55,130 nt of DNA from Girardia tigrina (GCA_001938485.1 MQRK01223681.1:1-55130); one strand, 5' to 3'. Shown: positions 25,035 to 39,351, counted from the first letter of the stretch. Made by a program: numbers and translations. The notes: generated by a model not told the origin, from the letters alone.

Positions 25035-25600
25035 ATAAGTATTTTATTGAGAAACTCCCTCGTGAGTTTCGAAGATAATATAAATTAAAAAAAGCATATT
25101 AAAATGCTCAATCTATAATTTGGATGTAAAAGTGAATGAATGTGTTAAAAGGTCTGAAGATTGCAAATTTATTTAGTTTACAATCTTTTAAAATTACAAA
25201 AATGTATGGCGATCATTTAAAATTGAAAATATGTTTTGTAAAAACTTATGTTATGACATTGTTTATCAATTTATGTATTATATGTGATATCACATGTATT
25301 TGAGAGACTGCCCATTATATTTCCAAATGAGTTCAAGAGCAAAGTCATAGATGGGCTAAGACTATTAATATTAAGAATGGGAAGGCGTGTAAGTGTAATT
25401 TGAGTACAACTAATTTAAAAATCCAGTGCAAGCATTTAAAAATATTAAGAGAGGGTCCTGTGAGACATTGCTAAAAGCATTTCATGATCCAAAAATCAAC
25501 ATTCAAATGACACTCAGACATTTATTAAGAATTCAAAAGCACATAATCAATGATCTGATAATGGAGTTCAATCCGTCGAAATATATTATCTTAATATATA
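25035..25600 (+). mobile_element. PLE 3' remnant (GIY-YIG plus degenerate hammerhead)
   Basis: DIVYQF...CI*ETAHY; SCETLLKAFHDPKINIQ; gat CTGATAA...CCGTC GAAA TATA TT atc at 25552-25590. Confidence 0.75.
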
Positions 25601-25839
25601 ATTTTAAATATCATTGTTTTAAATATTTTTTTAATGATAATTTAATACAAAAATTGTAAAAATTATTTTTTTTATTTTAATTGTAATTTCTAATGATAAT
25701 TGTTACGCAAATCAAAGGAACGACTTTTTTGGATAAACTTTTACTTGATCGAAATAATTTTACGAAAATTAAATTTTAGTCGACATATTTGGTTTTTATT
25801 ATAATAAATAAAAATAAAGAAAATATTTTTACTACACAA

Positions 25840-25875
<36 letters not shown>

Positions 25876-26432
25876 GTTAATACAAATATAAAAATTATAA
25901 ATTTGCTCAAGTCTTACAAAAGTCTCTAATCTCTTTCCATAGGAAATTTTTTATTGATTTCATAAAAAAATTTTATATCTGTTTAGAGATTAAGCAATTG
26001 TAAATTATCGATAAAAATTTTAATTTAACTTCCTTTATTAGTTAAAAGGGAAGTGCAAATATGTGAGGAAAATATATATTTAGAGATATAATAAAAGGAA
26101 TATTAAAGTTTTCCGCATTTAATCTGTCTAAGTTTCTGAAAGAACTCATTTTATGGTCTTCATGAAGTCCCAAAAACATTAATATTGAATACAGACGGTT
26201 AAATAAATGAATAGTTATTATTATTTATCAAAATATTCTACTTTAATATATATATATACATTATATATACATTTATATATACATTAAATTGTTTTTAAAT
26301 AATATTTAAAACCAATATCAAAACATAAGAATTTAGCTAAAATGTTTTGTCTTTGCCAATATACTTGGCACCATCTTAACTTCCATTTTGATCTATCTTG
26401 CTTGGATCAATGAACGAATGCGATATAATATA

Positions 26433-27675
26433 TTAGGTTGTTCGATATGAAACGGGTCAAACTTCACACCTTACATTTCAATCGCGTATAACTTAACTTT
26501 GAACTATCGTATGAAAATAAATAAGGTATTTCTTGACAGATNNNNNNNNNNNNNNNNNNNNNNNNNNNNNNNNNNNNNNNNNNNNNNNNNNNNNNNNNNN
26601 NNNNNNNNNNNNNNNNNNNNNNNNNNNNNNNNNNNNNNNNNNNNNNNNNNNNNNNNNNNNNNNNNNNNNNNNNNNNNNNNNNNNNNNNNNNNNNNNNNNN
26701 NNNNNNNNNNNNNNNNNNNNNNNNNNNNNNNNNNNNNNNNNNNNNNNNNNNNNNNNNNNNNNNNNNNNNNNNNNNNNNNNNNNNNNNNNNNNNNNNNNNN
26801 NNNNNNNNNNNNNNNNNNNNNNNNNNNNNNNNNNNNNNNNNNNNNNNNNNNNNNNNNNNNNNNNNNNNNNNNNNNNNNNNNNNNNNNNNNNNNNNNNNNN
26901 NNNNNNNNNNNNNNNNNNNNNNNNNNNNNNNNNNNNNNNNNNNNNNNNNNNNNNNNNNNNNNNNNNNNNNNNNNNNNNNNNNNNNNNNNNNNNNNNNNNN
27001 NNNNNNNNNNNNNNNNNNNNNNNNNNNNNNNNNNNNNNNNNNNNNNNNNNNNNNNNNNNNNNNNNNNNNNNNNNNNNNNNNNNNNNNNNNNNNNNNNNNN
27101 NNNNNNNNNNNNNNNNNNNNNNNNNNNNNNNNNNNNNNNNNNNNNNNNNNNNNNNNNNNNNNNNNNNNNNNNNNNNNNNNNNNNNNNNNNNNNNNNNNNN
27201 NNNNNNNNNNNNNNNNNNNNNNNNNNNNNNNNNNNNNNNNNNNNNNNNNNNNNNNNNNNNNNNNNNNNNNNNNNNNNNNNNNNNNNNNNNNNNNNNNNNN
27301 NNNNNNNNNNNNNNNNNNNNNNNNNNNNNNNNNNNNNNNNNNNNNNNNCAGCAGTTGGGTCTCGAAACTCTTCGCCACCCACCATATTCACCGGATCTCG
27401 CACCCACGGACTACCACTTTTTCCAAAGCTTGGACAACTTCTTGTCGGGGAAAAATTTCACTTCTTTTGGGGCTGTGAAAACGGCCTTTCAAGAATTCAT
27501 TGACTCTTGTGAATCAGTGTTTTATACTAAAAGGTTAAATGTGTTACCATTGAAATGGCAACAGTGTGTTGACAACATGGGGGGATATTTTGATTAAAAA
27601 TAAAATGTTATTATTTAAAAAAAATCGATTTACATTTTACTTTAATTTTGACCCGTTTCATATCGAACAACCTAA
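26433..27675 (+). mobile_element. Young mariner element (centre in assembly gap)
   Basis: Perfect TIRs ttaggttgttcgatatgaaacgggtcaaa with TA flanks; intact C-terminus HPPYSPDLAPTDYHFFQSLDNFL...WQQCVDNMGGYFD ending at 27597. Confidence 0.96.
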
Positions 27676-28498
27676 TAATATCAAGTTGAAGGAATATAAT
27701 GTCAAGATTTGAATTGGATATTCTTTTAATAACTTACGGTGAATGGTTTGTAGTTGTGAAATTTATATATTTATAAATATATACACCTTATCCTTTTTTA
27801 CGAGATTTCACTTTTAAGCGACTTGATTATTACATCAATAAAATCTCAATACTTTGTTTTAAGTTCAATTTTAAAATTACTTTAAAAATATTTTTAATTT
27901 TAAAAATTGGTCTCAGTAAAAATTCTGATTTTAGATATTTTAAATATTTTTAATTTTCACATATTCAAAAACTGTTTACATTTTTCGAATTCTCATAATA
28001 TTAAAGTTCAATTTTATTGGTTAATAATTTTAAACATAGTTTCATTTATTTTATTTACAGATATTGTGATGTTAATCAATCGGTTTTACTGTCTTATTAG
28101 CAATAATTCACAATACATACTCTTATAAAGTAAATCAAAATTCTTCTAAAAAATAACAATTAAATAAATAAATAAATTAAATGCGAACGGAGATAAGACA
28201 TAAACGAGGGTTGAGGCTTTCCATTTTCTTGGATCAAAAGGTGTTATATTCATGAATTTTATGGATAAAGGCTTTATTATCAACGCTGTCTATTCCAGCT
28301 AATTCTTGGTAACCATCAGAAAGAATAGACAGAAATAGAAGAACACACCACCGGGTTTTCTTCACTCCAATGAGCCAGTGCGCACAGTGGACATTGTTTG
28401 GATTACTATTGAAGGTGCTCGACAAGTGCTTGTGAATCATCCTTTTTAAAAAACCTGTGATATTGACGAAAATACATTCGATATTCATGAATGGGATG

Positions 28499-29001
28499 TA
28501 TTAAGAACACCAACATGGGTTTTCGAACTTTTATTTTCAATACAATCAGAATTGTCTTTTGGACAACTCTCAGCAAAACTCTCGTCATTCGACATCGTTC
28601 TAAATTGATAACTTTTAGTTAATGTTTTTTAATAAACAATTATTCGAACAAATTTTTCATTATTTTCAGATTTTATTTTTAAAGTTGAAATTTTGTAATT
28701 TTAGTAATAATTTTATCTACTTATATTACTTAAAAAATGATTTTATTTAAAGAAAGAACATTTATTTAATTTCAAACTTAGTTAAAAGTTATTTACTTTA
28801 TTTAAATTTTTAATATTAAAATTTGAAACGATTTAATATTTTTAAAGTTTTTTAAATATCTTATGCTTTGCTTTAAAATGCAAATTATATCCGAATAAAA
28901 ATATATCCGTGATCATCCAAAATATCAATTTTCCATCTGGGTGGGAGAAACACATTTCCAAATACTAAACTCGACATACCAAATTGGAAATATTCCTCAC
29001 A
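28499..29001 (-). mobile_element. Solo-LTR-like element, copy 6
   Basis: Reverse-complement close match of 18278-18810; perfect TSD ggatg (28494-28498, 29002-29006). Confidence 0.93.
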
Positions 29002-30144
29002 GGATGTTTCAACAAGGTCACAGAAACTCTTATATGTTGATTGAAAAATATAAAATTTAATATCGGAAAATAAAATTACATCTTTATTTACTTTTTAATC
29101 ATTCTTCATTGCTTTAAAGCATTTTATTTTCTTTTAATTTAAAAACGTTAACAGAAAATTGTGATTTTCTCTGTCTAAAATTCATAAAAAAGGATTTTAT
29201 TTGTATAAAAGATTTTTATTAGCATTATAAATTATTTGAAAATTTTTGAAAATTTTTTTTATAAACTGTTTTGATAAGAAAATAGTTTTTTTTATTTCTG
29301 AACAATTGTTTTTAATTTTTGACATTATTTAATTATTTTAAATAACTGTTTTTTGAAATGAATGTTGAAATTTTATGTCTTTTTTAATTAATTTGGACAT
29401 AAAAATGAAAAAATTTTTTTTCATAAATTTATGACACTTCCTTTCAATTTCTCATAGAAAAGAAATATTCAATTTAATTAGTTATTTTTTAATTAATTTT
29501 TTTGAAAAAAAATTCATTTTGTAAATTGTCCATATACATTTTATCATCATACATGTATTGGAATAGAGAAAAAATCAGATTTATAATTAATAATAATAAA
29601 TTATAATTGATAATTAGCTGAGGTTTATCATTCATCTCTAAATATTTTTACTTTAATGATTTTACTTGAACGAATTTAAAAAATAATTATTATTTTCTAT
29701 TCAACAATAATAACTCCACTTTAAGATACATTTATGCTTAATATAATTAGAGGGTTTAACCGTCATTTCCAGATCACTGATTACTTGAAATGAATGAATA
29801 TATTATCTAGTAAGTAAAAGTAATCAAAACTTGGCTATACTTTAACTCAAAAAGGTTACGGACTTCCATATTCCAATAAATAACCTTTTTCAATGACCAC
29901 ATTCTATAAGTCTCTCATATAAATCCCTCATTTTCAAAGAACAAATCATTATATAGTCGTTTAGTAGAAAAATAATAGATTTAATATAAATGACATAAAA
30001 TAAGAGAAGCAAATATTTATATTGAACATTTATTTTCAATTACAAGGAAAGACAAATTGATGCTATCTTTGAAAAATTACTTAAAAAGCAAATTTTTTTA
30101 GTTATTTGTATATAACAACAACATTTCCATTAAAAATATATTTC

Positions 30145-31310
30145 AAGATAATATATTTCGACGGATCAACCATCGTCTTCGCTTCAATGATTTATAATTA
30201 ATTCACCTGTAAATAAATAAAAAAATGAAGATTGCTTAATCAATTGCATGAAATCACGCTAATCAAAAATTCTCAGCACTGTCGATCAATCAATGATTTT
30301 AGGGCGACGTGACCTAATCAGCAATGTTATTAAGACATTCTCTCGCAATAAATATCAAAATGCTTACACAAAATCTTGAAATTATCAATATTAATATCAT
30401 ATTTTTATAATATCATATATATTTTATCATAGATATTTTTCCCATTGTTCTTTAATAATGCTCTTACTCTCTTTTCGACCATGTTCTTGAATTCGTTTAC
30501 AGATATGACGGGCTGCTCTTCAATACATGTGTAATCACACCTATTACATTTATATTCATAAACAATATCAGAACACAGTGTTATAGGTCTACAATATTTT
30601 CACGCATATAACCCGCATAAGATTTTCCTCACAAGGACCATTCGGAGTAGATAAAATCACACATTACCCGTTGATTATCATCATGAAATGTTAGTTTTTC
30701 TCATGTAAAATATTTTTAGTATACACTACCCACTTTTATACCCTGCAAGTGGCGTGCGGTGTCGATAAAATTACACACGACCTGTGGGTTATATGCGTGA
30801 AAATACGGTAATAGATTTAATATTTTGAATTTTCTGAGATCATGGTATAATTTTAAACTTTTATTCATTGTTAGTTGCTTTTAACAATACATTTTAAAAG
30901 CTTATAAATCCTTCAGAATAAGGTAAAATGAATTAATATTTCGGTATATAATATGTAAGAAAAGTGGAAGGTAACGACCAAGAGCGCGAAATTAAGCCAC
31001 TAATTATGTTTATTTTATTCTTCGGTTGACAAAATTTATCTCGTGAAATATATAAACCTGTATAAGTTTGCTTTCTATAAATCCCAGTCTCGTAACTAAG
31101 GAATTTCCTTTCAACCAAAATATCCAGAAAAAGTAAGACTTCATTCGGTTTATTTTCAACTGTAAAAGCAACATTTGGATGTAAGAATTCATGAAAATTT
31201 TAAAGTAGTATTACATCGGCTTGTTTTTTAAAAATAAAAATATATCATCAATATATATTCAGTATATCAAACGTTGATTCTTATCAAAACATGTAATTTA
31301 ATTTTCAATC
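30145..31310 (-). mobile_element. PLE remnant (RT C-terminus, GIY-YIG, degenerate hammerhead)
   Basis: YIDDIF near 31250; YETGIYRKQTYTGLY; SDIVYEYKCNRCDYTCIEEQ; hammerhead-like motif at 30147-30186. Confidence 0.82.
30592..30808. mobile_element. Pogo/Tc1-type MITE nested in the PLE
   Basis: TIR tattttcacgcatataaccc / gggttatatgcgtgaaaatacgg with TA flanks. Confidence 0.85.
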
Positions 31311-32205
31311 TTTAAAAGATATTTATAAATATATAATGTAAATATGTTTATATGTAAATATTTTTATTTAATTTATTATTTATGTTTTATGGTTAAGGAA
31401 AACATATTTAGTGTGCAGAAGTAAATCTTTGCTTTCAACCTTTACCAAAGTTTTTTATGTCAGTTTTTAATTTATGTTTAGTGTCATTCTTATGCTTAAA
31501 TTCTATTATTATTAGGAACTCAAGAGCCTCTCTAACAGTACTTGATACTTAGGGGATAGAACGTCTCCCTCCATGCTGCGATGTTAGTCTATTCTACAAA
31601 AAAATGGATTCCATGAAGAAAAATTAACGCGGCTCCAATCGATTTTTAAGTGTAATAACGAAATATGTTAACAATTAATATTCGTCTTATCCAAATATGA
31701 AATATCTGGATAAAAACATATGAAAAAGAGAAATTTTCAATTAATAAATTAATTATTACGGAATTAACTTTTTATATTTATTAAAATAAATTGTTACAAA
31801 TCTTCTGTTCATATTTCTAACAAATTTTCCTTTTATTGCTCAACATTTAATTTGGATTTGTTTCATATTTATAATATTTTGTTTTATTTTTATGAAAATT
31901 TATTAATCAATTATATTTATTAAAAATAAATCCCGAACTAATATCAGTTAAAAAGGATTTTTAAACGTAAAAAAATAAATTCTCTAAAAAAAATAAATTA
32001 TTGAAAAATGAAGCTGAAGAAGTTATGAATCAATGTATAAAATATTTTTTCGTGTACACATATACGATTTTTTCAAAATTTACAATCTTAATTCTTATGT
32101 TCTTGGTTTTCCGTTTTTTGTTTTCTCATATTTAAATCGTTTGTTTTGACCATATGGTCACCTTCACATCCTCATTCTCTCTACATAGAAAATATTCGTT
32201 TGTAT

Positions 32206-32670
32206 TGTGAGGGATAATTGTGAATGTTGTAAGTTTGTTGTTTGTATGCTGTTTAGATTTGTGACTCTCCTACTCAGATGGGATTGATATGTTTATTGAT
32301 TTATTATTTGAATATAATGAAATTAATTTAATGTTAATGAATTTAATTTAAATATTAATTTTAAGTACTAATTAATTAAAGTTTTATAACTATAAATTTT
32401 ATTAATATTTTTAGTAACAATTTTAACTTATTAAATTTAATATATTTTAAAAATTAATGTTTATTTTAAAAATTACTTAATGCATTTTTATCCAAAAACA
32501 TTTTGAGAAATTAAAAATTTATTAAAATTTTCCCATTAATTGATTTTTAGATTTGAATACATTAACAAAAAACTATATCAATCAAAGAAAGATACTCTCT
32601 GAGAATTCTTGTGAAGAATCTGTTTGTGTTGTCAATAAATGTTTACACTCAAATTGTGATGTTGTTAATA
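32206..32670 (+). mobile_element. Solo-LTR-like element, copy 7
   Basis: tgtgagggataa...gttgttaata; perfect TSD tgtat (32201-32205, 32671-32675). Confidence 0.93.
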
Positions 32671-33779
32671 TGTATTAAGAAATTATTTGTTTTTTATCGA
32701 AAATGTGTATAAAAACATTATTTTTTAAAACTCTAACGTTTCTTTTAAAGTTTTAAAAGTAATTTTTATTCATTGTACATGATTTATTTTATTTAATCTT
32801 GTAATAACCACAGGGACATTTTCTTTACATATTTTTTTTACGTAGAGAGAAACAGATTTTAGGATTCTGATACAGAGAACTTATATTAAAATGATTCTTT
32901 TTGGGGTTATGCCATGGTCTGTATATTCAGTTAGACTGTTAAGGGACGGTTTTTTGGTGTAGCTTTAAGGGTGTGAATTAAATTAAAGTCTTTATTTTAT
33001 ATATATTGAAAGGTGTATCATTTTATTTTTATTATTTATTTTTTTTGGATGATTACTTATTTTTTTTAAGAAAGAAATTATTTTATTTAATAATAAAGAA
33101 AAGACAAATTAAAATTTAGTTTGATTATTATTATTTCTCCGTTTGAAATTTAAACAGAAATCGATAAAATTAAATATTGCCAAGCAATATTAATGTCAAA
33201 GGCAGAAATAATAATTAATTTCAAACGGTTATATTTTTTTACTATCTTGTTGGCGAAAAATTTATTCAAGAATTGATCAAATAATCAAGTGCAAATTAAA
33301 TTGTTGAACGTCAAAAGAAATTTAACCAGTTAACTATAAAAAAAGAAAAAGCCAAACCGAAGAATATATTTTTTGAAAGAAAAAATTATCTTACGCTAAT
33401 TACCTCTAACGAAAATCCATCGAAGTAACTATATCATTTTATAATTTACTGCTTTTGTGATTAAATCGTTGTTGTTAAAGTACGGGTAACATTTGAACTA
33501 ATTTGTTATTTGTTATCATAATACTACAATTTTAAGAGTTGATTTTTTTTAGAATCCTGAAATTTGTTTCTTTTTTTTGACATACAATTAGCTTTAATTG
33601 GACGATAAAACGATAAATAAATTAAGTCAAGTGATCATTTACTAAAAATAAAACATATTTAAATAGTGAGTATTGATCAAATGACTTGCTTTATCAAATC
33701 TCTTAAGTTGTCAAGTATAAAATTTGTAGAACTGATGTCAAAGTTTATTGATAATTTACCAACACAAATATTTATGTCA

Positions 33780-34470
33780 TTCATCAAAGTACGCACCCAT
33801 ATTATGGACACAATTTTACCTTATGATCGGAAGCTTGTTGAGGTCATTTGAATAAATATTTATAGAATTTTTACGGAATCTTCGGAATTGAATTTTTCCT
33901 AACAAAAAGTTGTTCAAATTGAAGAATAAATGGGAGGCAATTTAGACCAGGTCTTGCGGGAATAGAAGATGATGAAGAAGTTCCAATTCAAGTTCATTTA
34001 CTTTTGTAACGGCCTTAAGTGCAGTATACAGTTTTGCATTATCGTGGAGCAGGATAGGAGTCGACCTGTTTACCAAATGCGGTTGTTTTTCTTTGAAATT
34101 CAGCATTATATTTTCCTAATGGTTACAATATACAAATGATATGGTCAACAAATCAGGTTTAATGAAGTCATAATTGATTACACCTGCGACAGACCACCTT
34201 ATTATTGGTTTCTTTTGATGTATCTAATCCTTTTGACTGTGTTTTAGTGCATTATTCGTGTCCACTCAGCTTGCCGAATGTTTGTGATTATCACACTGGA
34301 TTCTCTTTTCATCACAAGTGGTCATTCTATTCAAAAAAAGATAACACTAATCATCGCAAATCATGAAACTCTTGTTTCATGAAAAAAAGCTTTTGTTTCT
34401 GCTTTTCATTCAACTTATGTGGCATCAACTTATCCGACTTTTTCATTTTAACAATTTTATCATAGTGATT
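33780..34470 (-). mobile_element. Mariner transposase remnant
   Basis: TTCDEKRIQCDN, ILLHDNAKLYTA and a degenerate YS.DL motif. Confidence 0.8.
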
Positions 34471-34828
34471 CTATATTGTTTGCTGCACAACAATTTTAAT
34501 TTGTTTGGTGTTTAATTTTGGAATGCTGTACGCTGTTGTTTTGGAAAGTCTCTCCTACCCTTATGGTTCACTGATATCTTTGAATAGAATCATATCTATT
34601 AAAAATAATTTTTATCAGATAAATTTTTTATAAATTTAATATTTAATTATTCATCATTTTGTTTTATTTCGTAAAATAAGAATATAAAATTTATAACTGG
34701 AAAAGTTGAAATAGAAGATCTTGCAAATACCAGTAAATACCAAATGAAAATAAAAAAAATCTAAATTTTATGTAAATCTAGAAGAATTTGTTATGTATTG
34801 CTATGAATACGATTCTTTTTGTAATAAT

Positions 34829-36524
34829 TGTGAGGAATATTTTCAATCGGTGTTTATTGTATGTTGTGTTTGGTATTTTGTTTCAAGGAGTGTTTCTCCC
34901 TCTCAGATGGAAGATTGATATTTTGAATGTTTTAAACCGTCGAATTATTCGGACAATTTTGAAATTCAAATAGCAACTTTAAAATTAAATTAATTTATTG
35001 TAATCAATAAACATATATTTTTTAATATTGGATTGTAACGTAAAGATTTATAGACAAAATTTATTAATATAAACACTGTTTTTCGAGAATTAGTTTTAGT
35101 GCCTTCCGGCACGTCTGATTGATTGAGGAATTGAGCGAGGAGCACTGAAACATCGGCTTTCATGCCAGCACTGAGAGAGGCCCACTAATGCAATCGTTCA
35201 TCCTTCTCGGTATTCAGGACAAATCAGGTGTTGAAGCAAATATCGAGTCGTGTAATAATGAGTTATGACATGAGGGATCCATCATACATAAAAAGGAGGT
35301 CCTTACCTCCACTATACATAGCGGTACCCTCTCAGTGAACACACTAGAGTGGTGTCAGTGATCCTCAATTAAGTGCCTCTGTAATAACAGACAGCACCCA
35401 CAACCGCGAACACACTGATGTGGGGTCGGTGAACCTTATATAAACCAACATATACACTGATCTCACTGCCAATATGAATCCTCAATATCATTAACAAGAC
35501 TCTTCACAGACCATGATCAGCCTTAAAGACCGAGTCATAGTCACAATCATCAAAGATTGGCAGCGTCTCCATCGTGGCTGTTGGGTCGAGCATCTCGTCA
35601 TCGAATGTGTGCACGTTTGGTCTCTCCCGTGGGTCCTCGAATGCCGCCCATTGTCTCTGGCTCCATCGGATATTGTACTCCACACAGGCGTTCGCGATCG
35701 ATTTGATTCTATGTCCTAAATTTAAACCATTAAGGATAGTTTCATTGTTGGGCATCCATGCACCAAGTACACCAACAATCAAAGTATCTAATACAACTTT
35801 AAACCCACAACTTTCGTTATTTTACTCAAGAAGATAAAAGAACTTGTCAAAATTCCTGATGTCAGCGATTTCAAGATTGTGCATGGTATCGTAAGGACAC
35901 TTGACATCAACAAGAAACAAAATATTTTTATCTTCAAAATAAACCTGCAGATCAATACGATCCGTTGAGGGGTAGTACCGGCATGTCTCATTCACATGAA
36001 GAACTGCCCAGAGTGCATCCTGATTTCGGCTGCAACGATATCAAGTACAGAATTGTGTCTTGCATTCCATAAGTTGTTCATTGGCATGCAACCCACAAGA
36101 ACATGCGCAAGATTTTCGGCATTGCAATAACCCCTGCGGCTAGTACGTGATTATCCATCCAGGAACGACAGCTCACAGGGATCGTGTATGATCTGGCATT
36201 ATGAATAAATTCCCATTCAGCTTTTGTAAGTCGATCACCATAGAGTGGTGAGGTTGAATACGCAGATTAGATAAGGCAGACGAATACCTTCTAGCATTTT
36301 TCTAATGTATTTAAAAGGAATTAAAATATTTTTGAAAATAATTTTAAAATATTTTAGTAAAAAATTGTAATTTAAATTTGTTAGAAAAATTAGAAGTTTG
36401 AAAATAGAATTTTAATTTTTCAATGAAGAACGATGTATAACTACGAAAGTTGTGGCCAATTATCCCATAGACAATTTGAGTTTTGATGTCAATAAAAGTA
36501 TATGAAATCCACATATCAATCACA
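34829..36524 (+). mobile_element. Solo-LTR-like element, copy 8, split by a NeSL-type LINE
   Basis: tgtgaggaata...ctcagatgg on the left; gaacgatg...atcaatcaca on the right; TSD ataat (34824-34828, 36525-36529). Confidence 0.75.
35095..36290 (-). mobile_element. 5'-truncated RLE non-LTR retrotransposon (NeSL/R5/Utopia-like)
   Basis: Zn-knuckle-like ENLAHVLVGC followed by ARHNSVL; nuclease motif FLVDVKCPYD; IVGVLGAWMPNNETIL and YNIRWSQRQW; ~400 bp GC-richer 3' UTR. Confidence 0.88.
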
Positions 36525-37318
36525 ATAATAAATGTTTCAAAAACCATTTTCATATTATCAATAAAAAGGTTAATAAATCTTAATTATAATTTAATTGTCG
36601 TGCTTCATCTGTAATCAGAATATTAAAAAAATAATGACGATAAATCGACATTATGATCGAAAATTCAATTTACGTACAAAATAAATATGACCTTTACCTC
36701 ATAAACAATCTCCAGTCACTGATGTCGAATCAATGTTGAATTTTAGCCTTCATGAAATTACAAAACATACTTAAAAATACTTTTATTTTGACAAGTTTAG
36801 TATAGATGCTTTCACTTAACACCAGATGAAACAATTGTATAATACAATAACTCTACTAAATTGTCTTATTTGTACATTTTATAAACCGATAGAAGACATT
36901 TGTCGTCAATCCATGTCAGTGGGAGACTTAAATAGTTTAGCAACGAATTCGCTGCCGGACAACATTACCAACATAGAAAATTATACATTATCGGTGTGAA
37001 TGTTCAGTATTCAGAATCTGCCATATAACGGGGTTGATTTTTATATAAATAATATATTAGTTAGTTATCATTTATAAGCTTTGTTTGTAATTACTTGTTT
37101 CATCACATATTTATGATTTTGTTTAGTTACAATATATGACAAAACAGGTTTACTTTAGGTAGTTGAACAGAAATGAATACACTCTTCGCTTAGGTGTGAG
37201 CAGTCATCTATTATCACCAGTACGTCCGATCTGCTTACAGCGTTCTTCTTTTAGATCATTTGCTCTTATGTCAAATACGTGCTATAAGATTTTCTAAATA
37301 CACGACAGGAACTTCCGC

Positions 37319-37371
<53 letters not shown>

Positions 37372-37463
37372 AAAGCATTATCATTTGTTCATTTTGTANN
37401 NNNNNNNNNNNNNNNNNNNNNNNNNNNNNNNNNCCTTTACAAGCCGTTGTATCATTCCCACTA

Positions 37464-38660
37464 TTAGGTTGTCCAGAAAGTTCGTAGCGTTTTTCATATG
37501 TGATTTCCAGATTGTAATTTTTTACTGTTCCCTTTATTTTTCCTTGCCTTTTTAATTGTTTCATCAATATTCATATTATATTTAAAATCCATTAATTTTC
37601 GAATTTTAATTTTCATAATTATGGCCGAAAATATAATTCATTTAAGACATGTATTGCTGGTTTTTTATAATAAGAAGAAAAACGCTGCGAAACGCAGAAA
37701 AAAATTGCGTTTTTTTCTGCAGTGCGTAAGTGGTTTGCGAACTTCAAGAATGGTAATTTCAATCTGCAAGATGCAGAAAGATTAAGTCGCCCGTCCACTA
37801 TAGATGACGATGAACTGAAAATTAAAATCGTCAAAAATCCGAGAATAAACGTTCGAGACTTGGCAGAATTCTTGCAGATATCAAAAAGTGCAGTACACGA
37901 ACATTTACAGAAGCTTGGTTTTGTTTCAATACTTGATGTTTTGTTGCCACATAAATTAACAGAAAAAGTGCTTTCTGATTGAGTTTTTGACTGCATTTTG
38001 CTCCTCAAAAGAAATAAAGAGAGTCCGGTTCTATTACTGAAGATGAACAATGAATAATGTACAATAATTTACAGCACAAAGGATCATGGGGGAAGCTGGA
38101 AATAAGCCTCTTATATCAGCTAGATCGGCTTTGCACCCAAAAAAGGTTTTATTGAGCGTTTGGTGGGATTGGAAGGGCATGATTTATTATTTCCAAATAA
38201 AGAAACAATTAATTCCGATAAGTTTTGTCAGAAACTATGCAAATTGGATAATGCAAACAAGGAGAAAAGTTCGGTGTTGTATTCCATCATGATAATGCAA
38301 GACCGCATACATCTTTGCAAACTCGAAAAAAATTAGCCGAGCTTGTCTTGGATATTCTATTGCACCCACAGTATTCTCCAGATATTGCAACTTCAGATTT
38401 TTACTTATTCCGTTGTCTATAAAACTCGATTAGTGGGAAAAAATTCACTGACAAAGATGCTTGCAAAAATTACCTTGATGAGTTTTTTGGTAGTAAAAGT
38501 CAAGCATTGTATGAAAAAGGGATTATGAAACTTGAAGAAAGATGGCAAAAGGTGGTGGAAAATTATGGAGAATACTTTGTAGACTGATCTCAGTCATTTC
38601 AATTTTTATAGCATTTCAAATTTTCTTGAAAAAACGCTACAAACTTTCCGGACAACCTAA
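37464..38660 (+). mobile_element. Mariner element with a degenerate transposase (37621-38587)
   Basis: TIRs ttaggttgtccagaaagttcgtagcg / cgctacaaactttccggacaacctaa with TA flanks; motifs VRKWFANFKNG, HPKKVLLSVWWD, FHHDNARPH, HPQYSPDIA. Confidence 0.95.
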
Positions 38661-38859
38661 TACATCCATTAAATACTCGAAATGAAAGTCTAATAATATA
38701 TCATTTTAATTGATTTTTTGTAATATATTTAATGAGTATTATAAGTAACTGAAATACCATTTGTTTTACTGTAATATCTGCACGTGGTCTAATTTTGCGG
38801 ACATTCAATGTTGCGTCATAATCATTTATTTTCCCGAAGAATTTTGTAGTATAAAAAAT

Positions 38860-39200
38860 TTTCTTGTTTTAAAGACTTTGTCGGAGAAGAAAATTATTGA
38901 AAAGTTGATGAATATATACCGTGGTGAAAGCCCATCTAAAACTACTTCTTCTAACTCGATTGCACAATTTAACCATGGTAGACAGAGTGTGAGAAAAGTA
39001 CCGAAAAACTTTTGGAAATTTGCAAAAACCTAAAAGAAAAATAGCAAAATATTGTCAAATTTGACATAAGCGACACAACAAGAATGCTCAGCAACTGTCT
39101 GTATGTAATAAAAAAAATTAGATTCCTTAATAAAGTCTGAGTCTGAAAAAATTTTCTTCACAGTTTGTTCGACACTTCCTAAAAATGAAATGTATGAAAA
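38860..39200 (+). mobile_element. Mariner N-terminal (HTH) remnant
   Basis: IIEKLMNIYRGESPSKTT...IAQFNHGRQSV. Confidence 0.55.
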
Positions 39201-39351
39201 CAGACTCATTTCTTGTGAGGCCAATCTCATGACATTAAAGATGTCTACAAAACCTCACGATAAGCGAGCGTGCGCAGCGCGGCTGCAGCACCATGATTCG
39301 AGTGGGAGGTCTTCGGGTCAAGGGGAAAAATTTAGTATCTTATTATGAGAT

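Noticed and set aside
26062-26080. tgtgaggaaaata as an eleventh LTR-like copy
   Set aside because: No CAGATGG box or 3' terminal segment follows.
26464-27503. Long ORFs of ~300 aa in the ORF track
   Set aside because: Artefacts of the N-gap; only the frame ending at 27597 is real mariner sequence.
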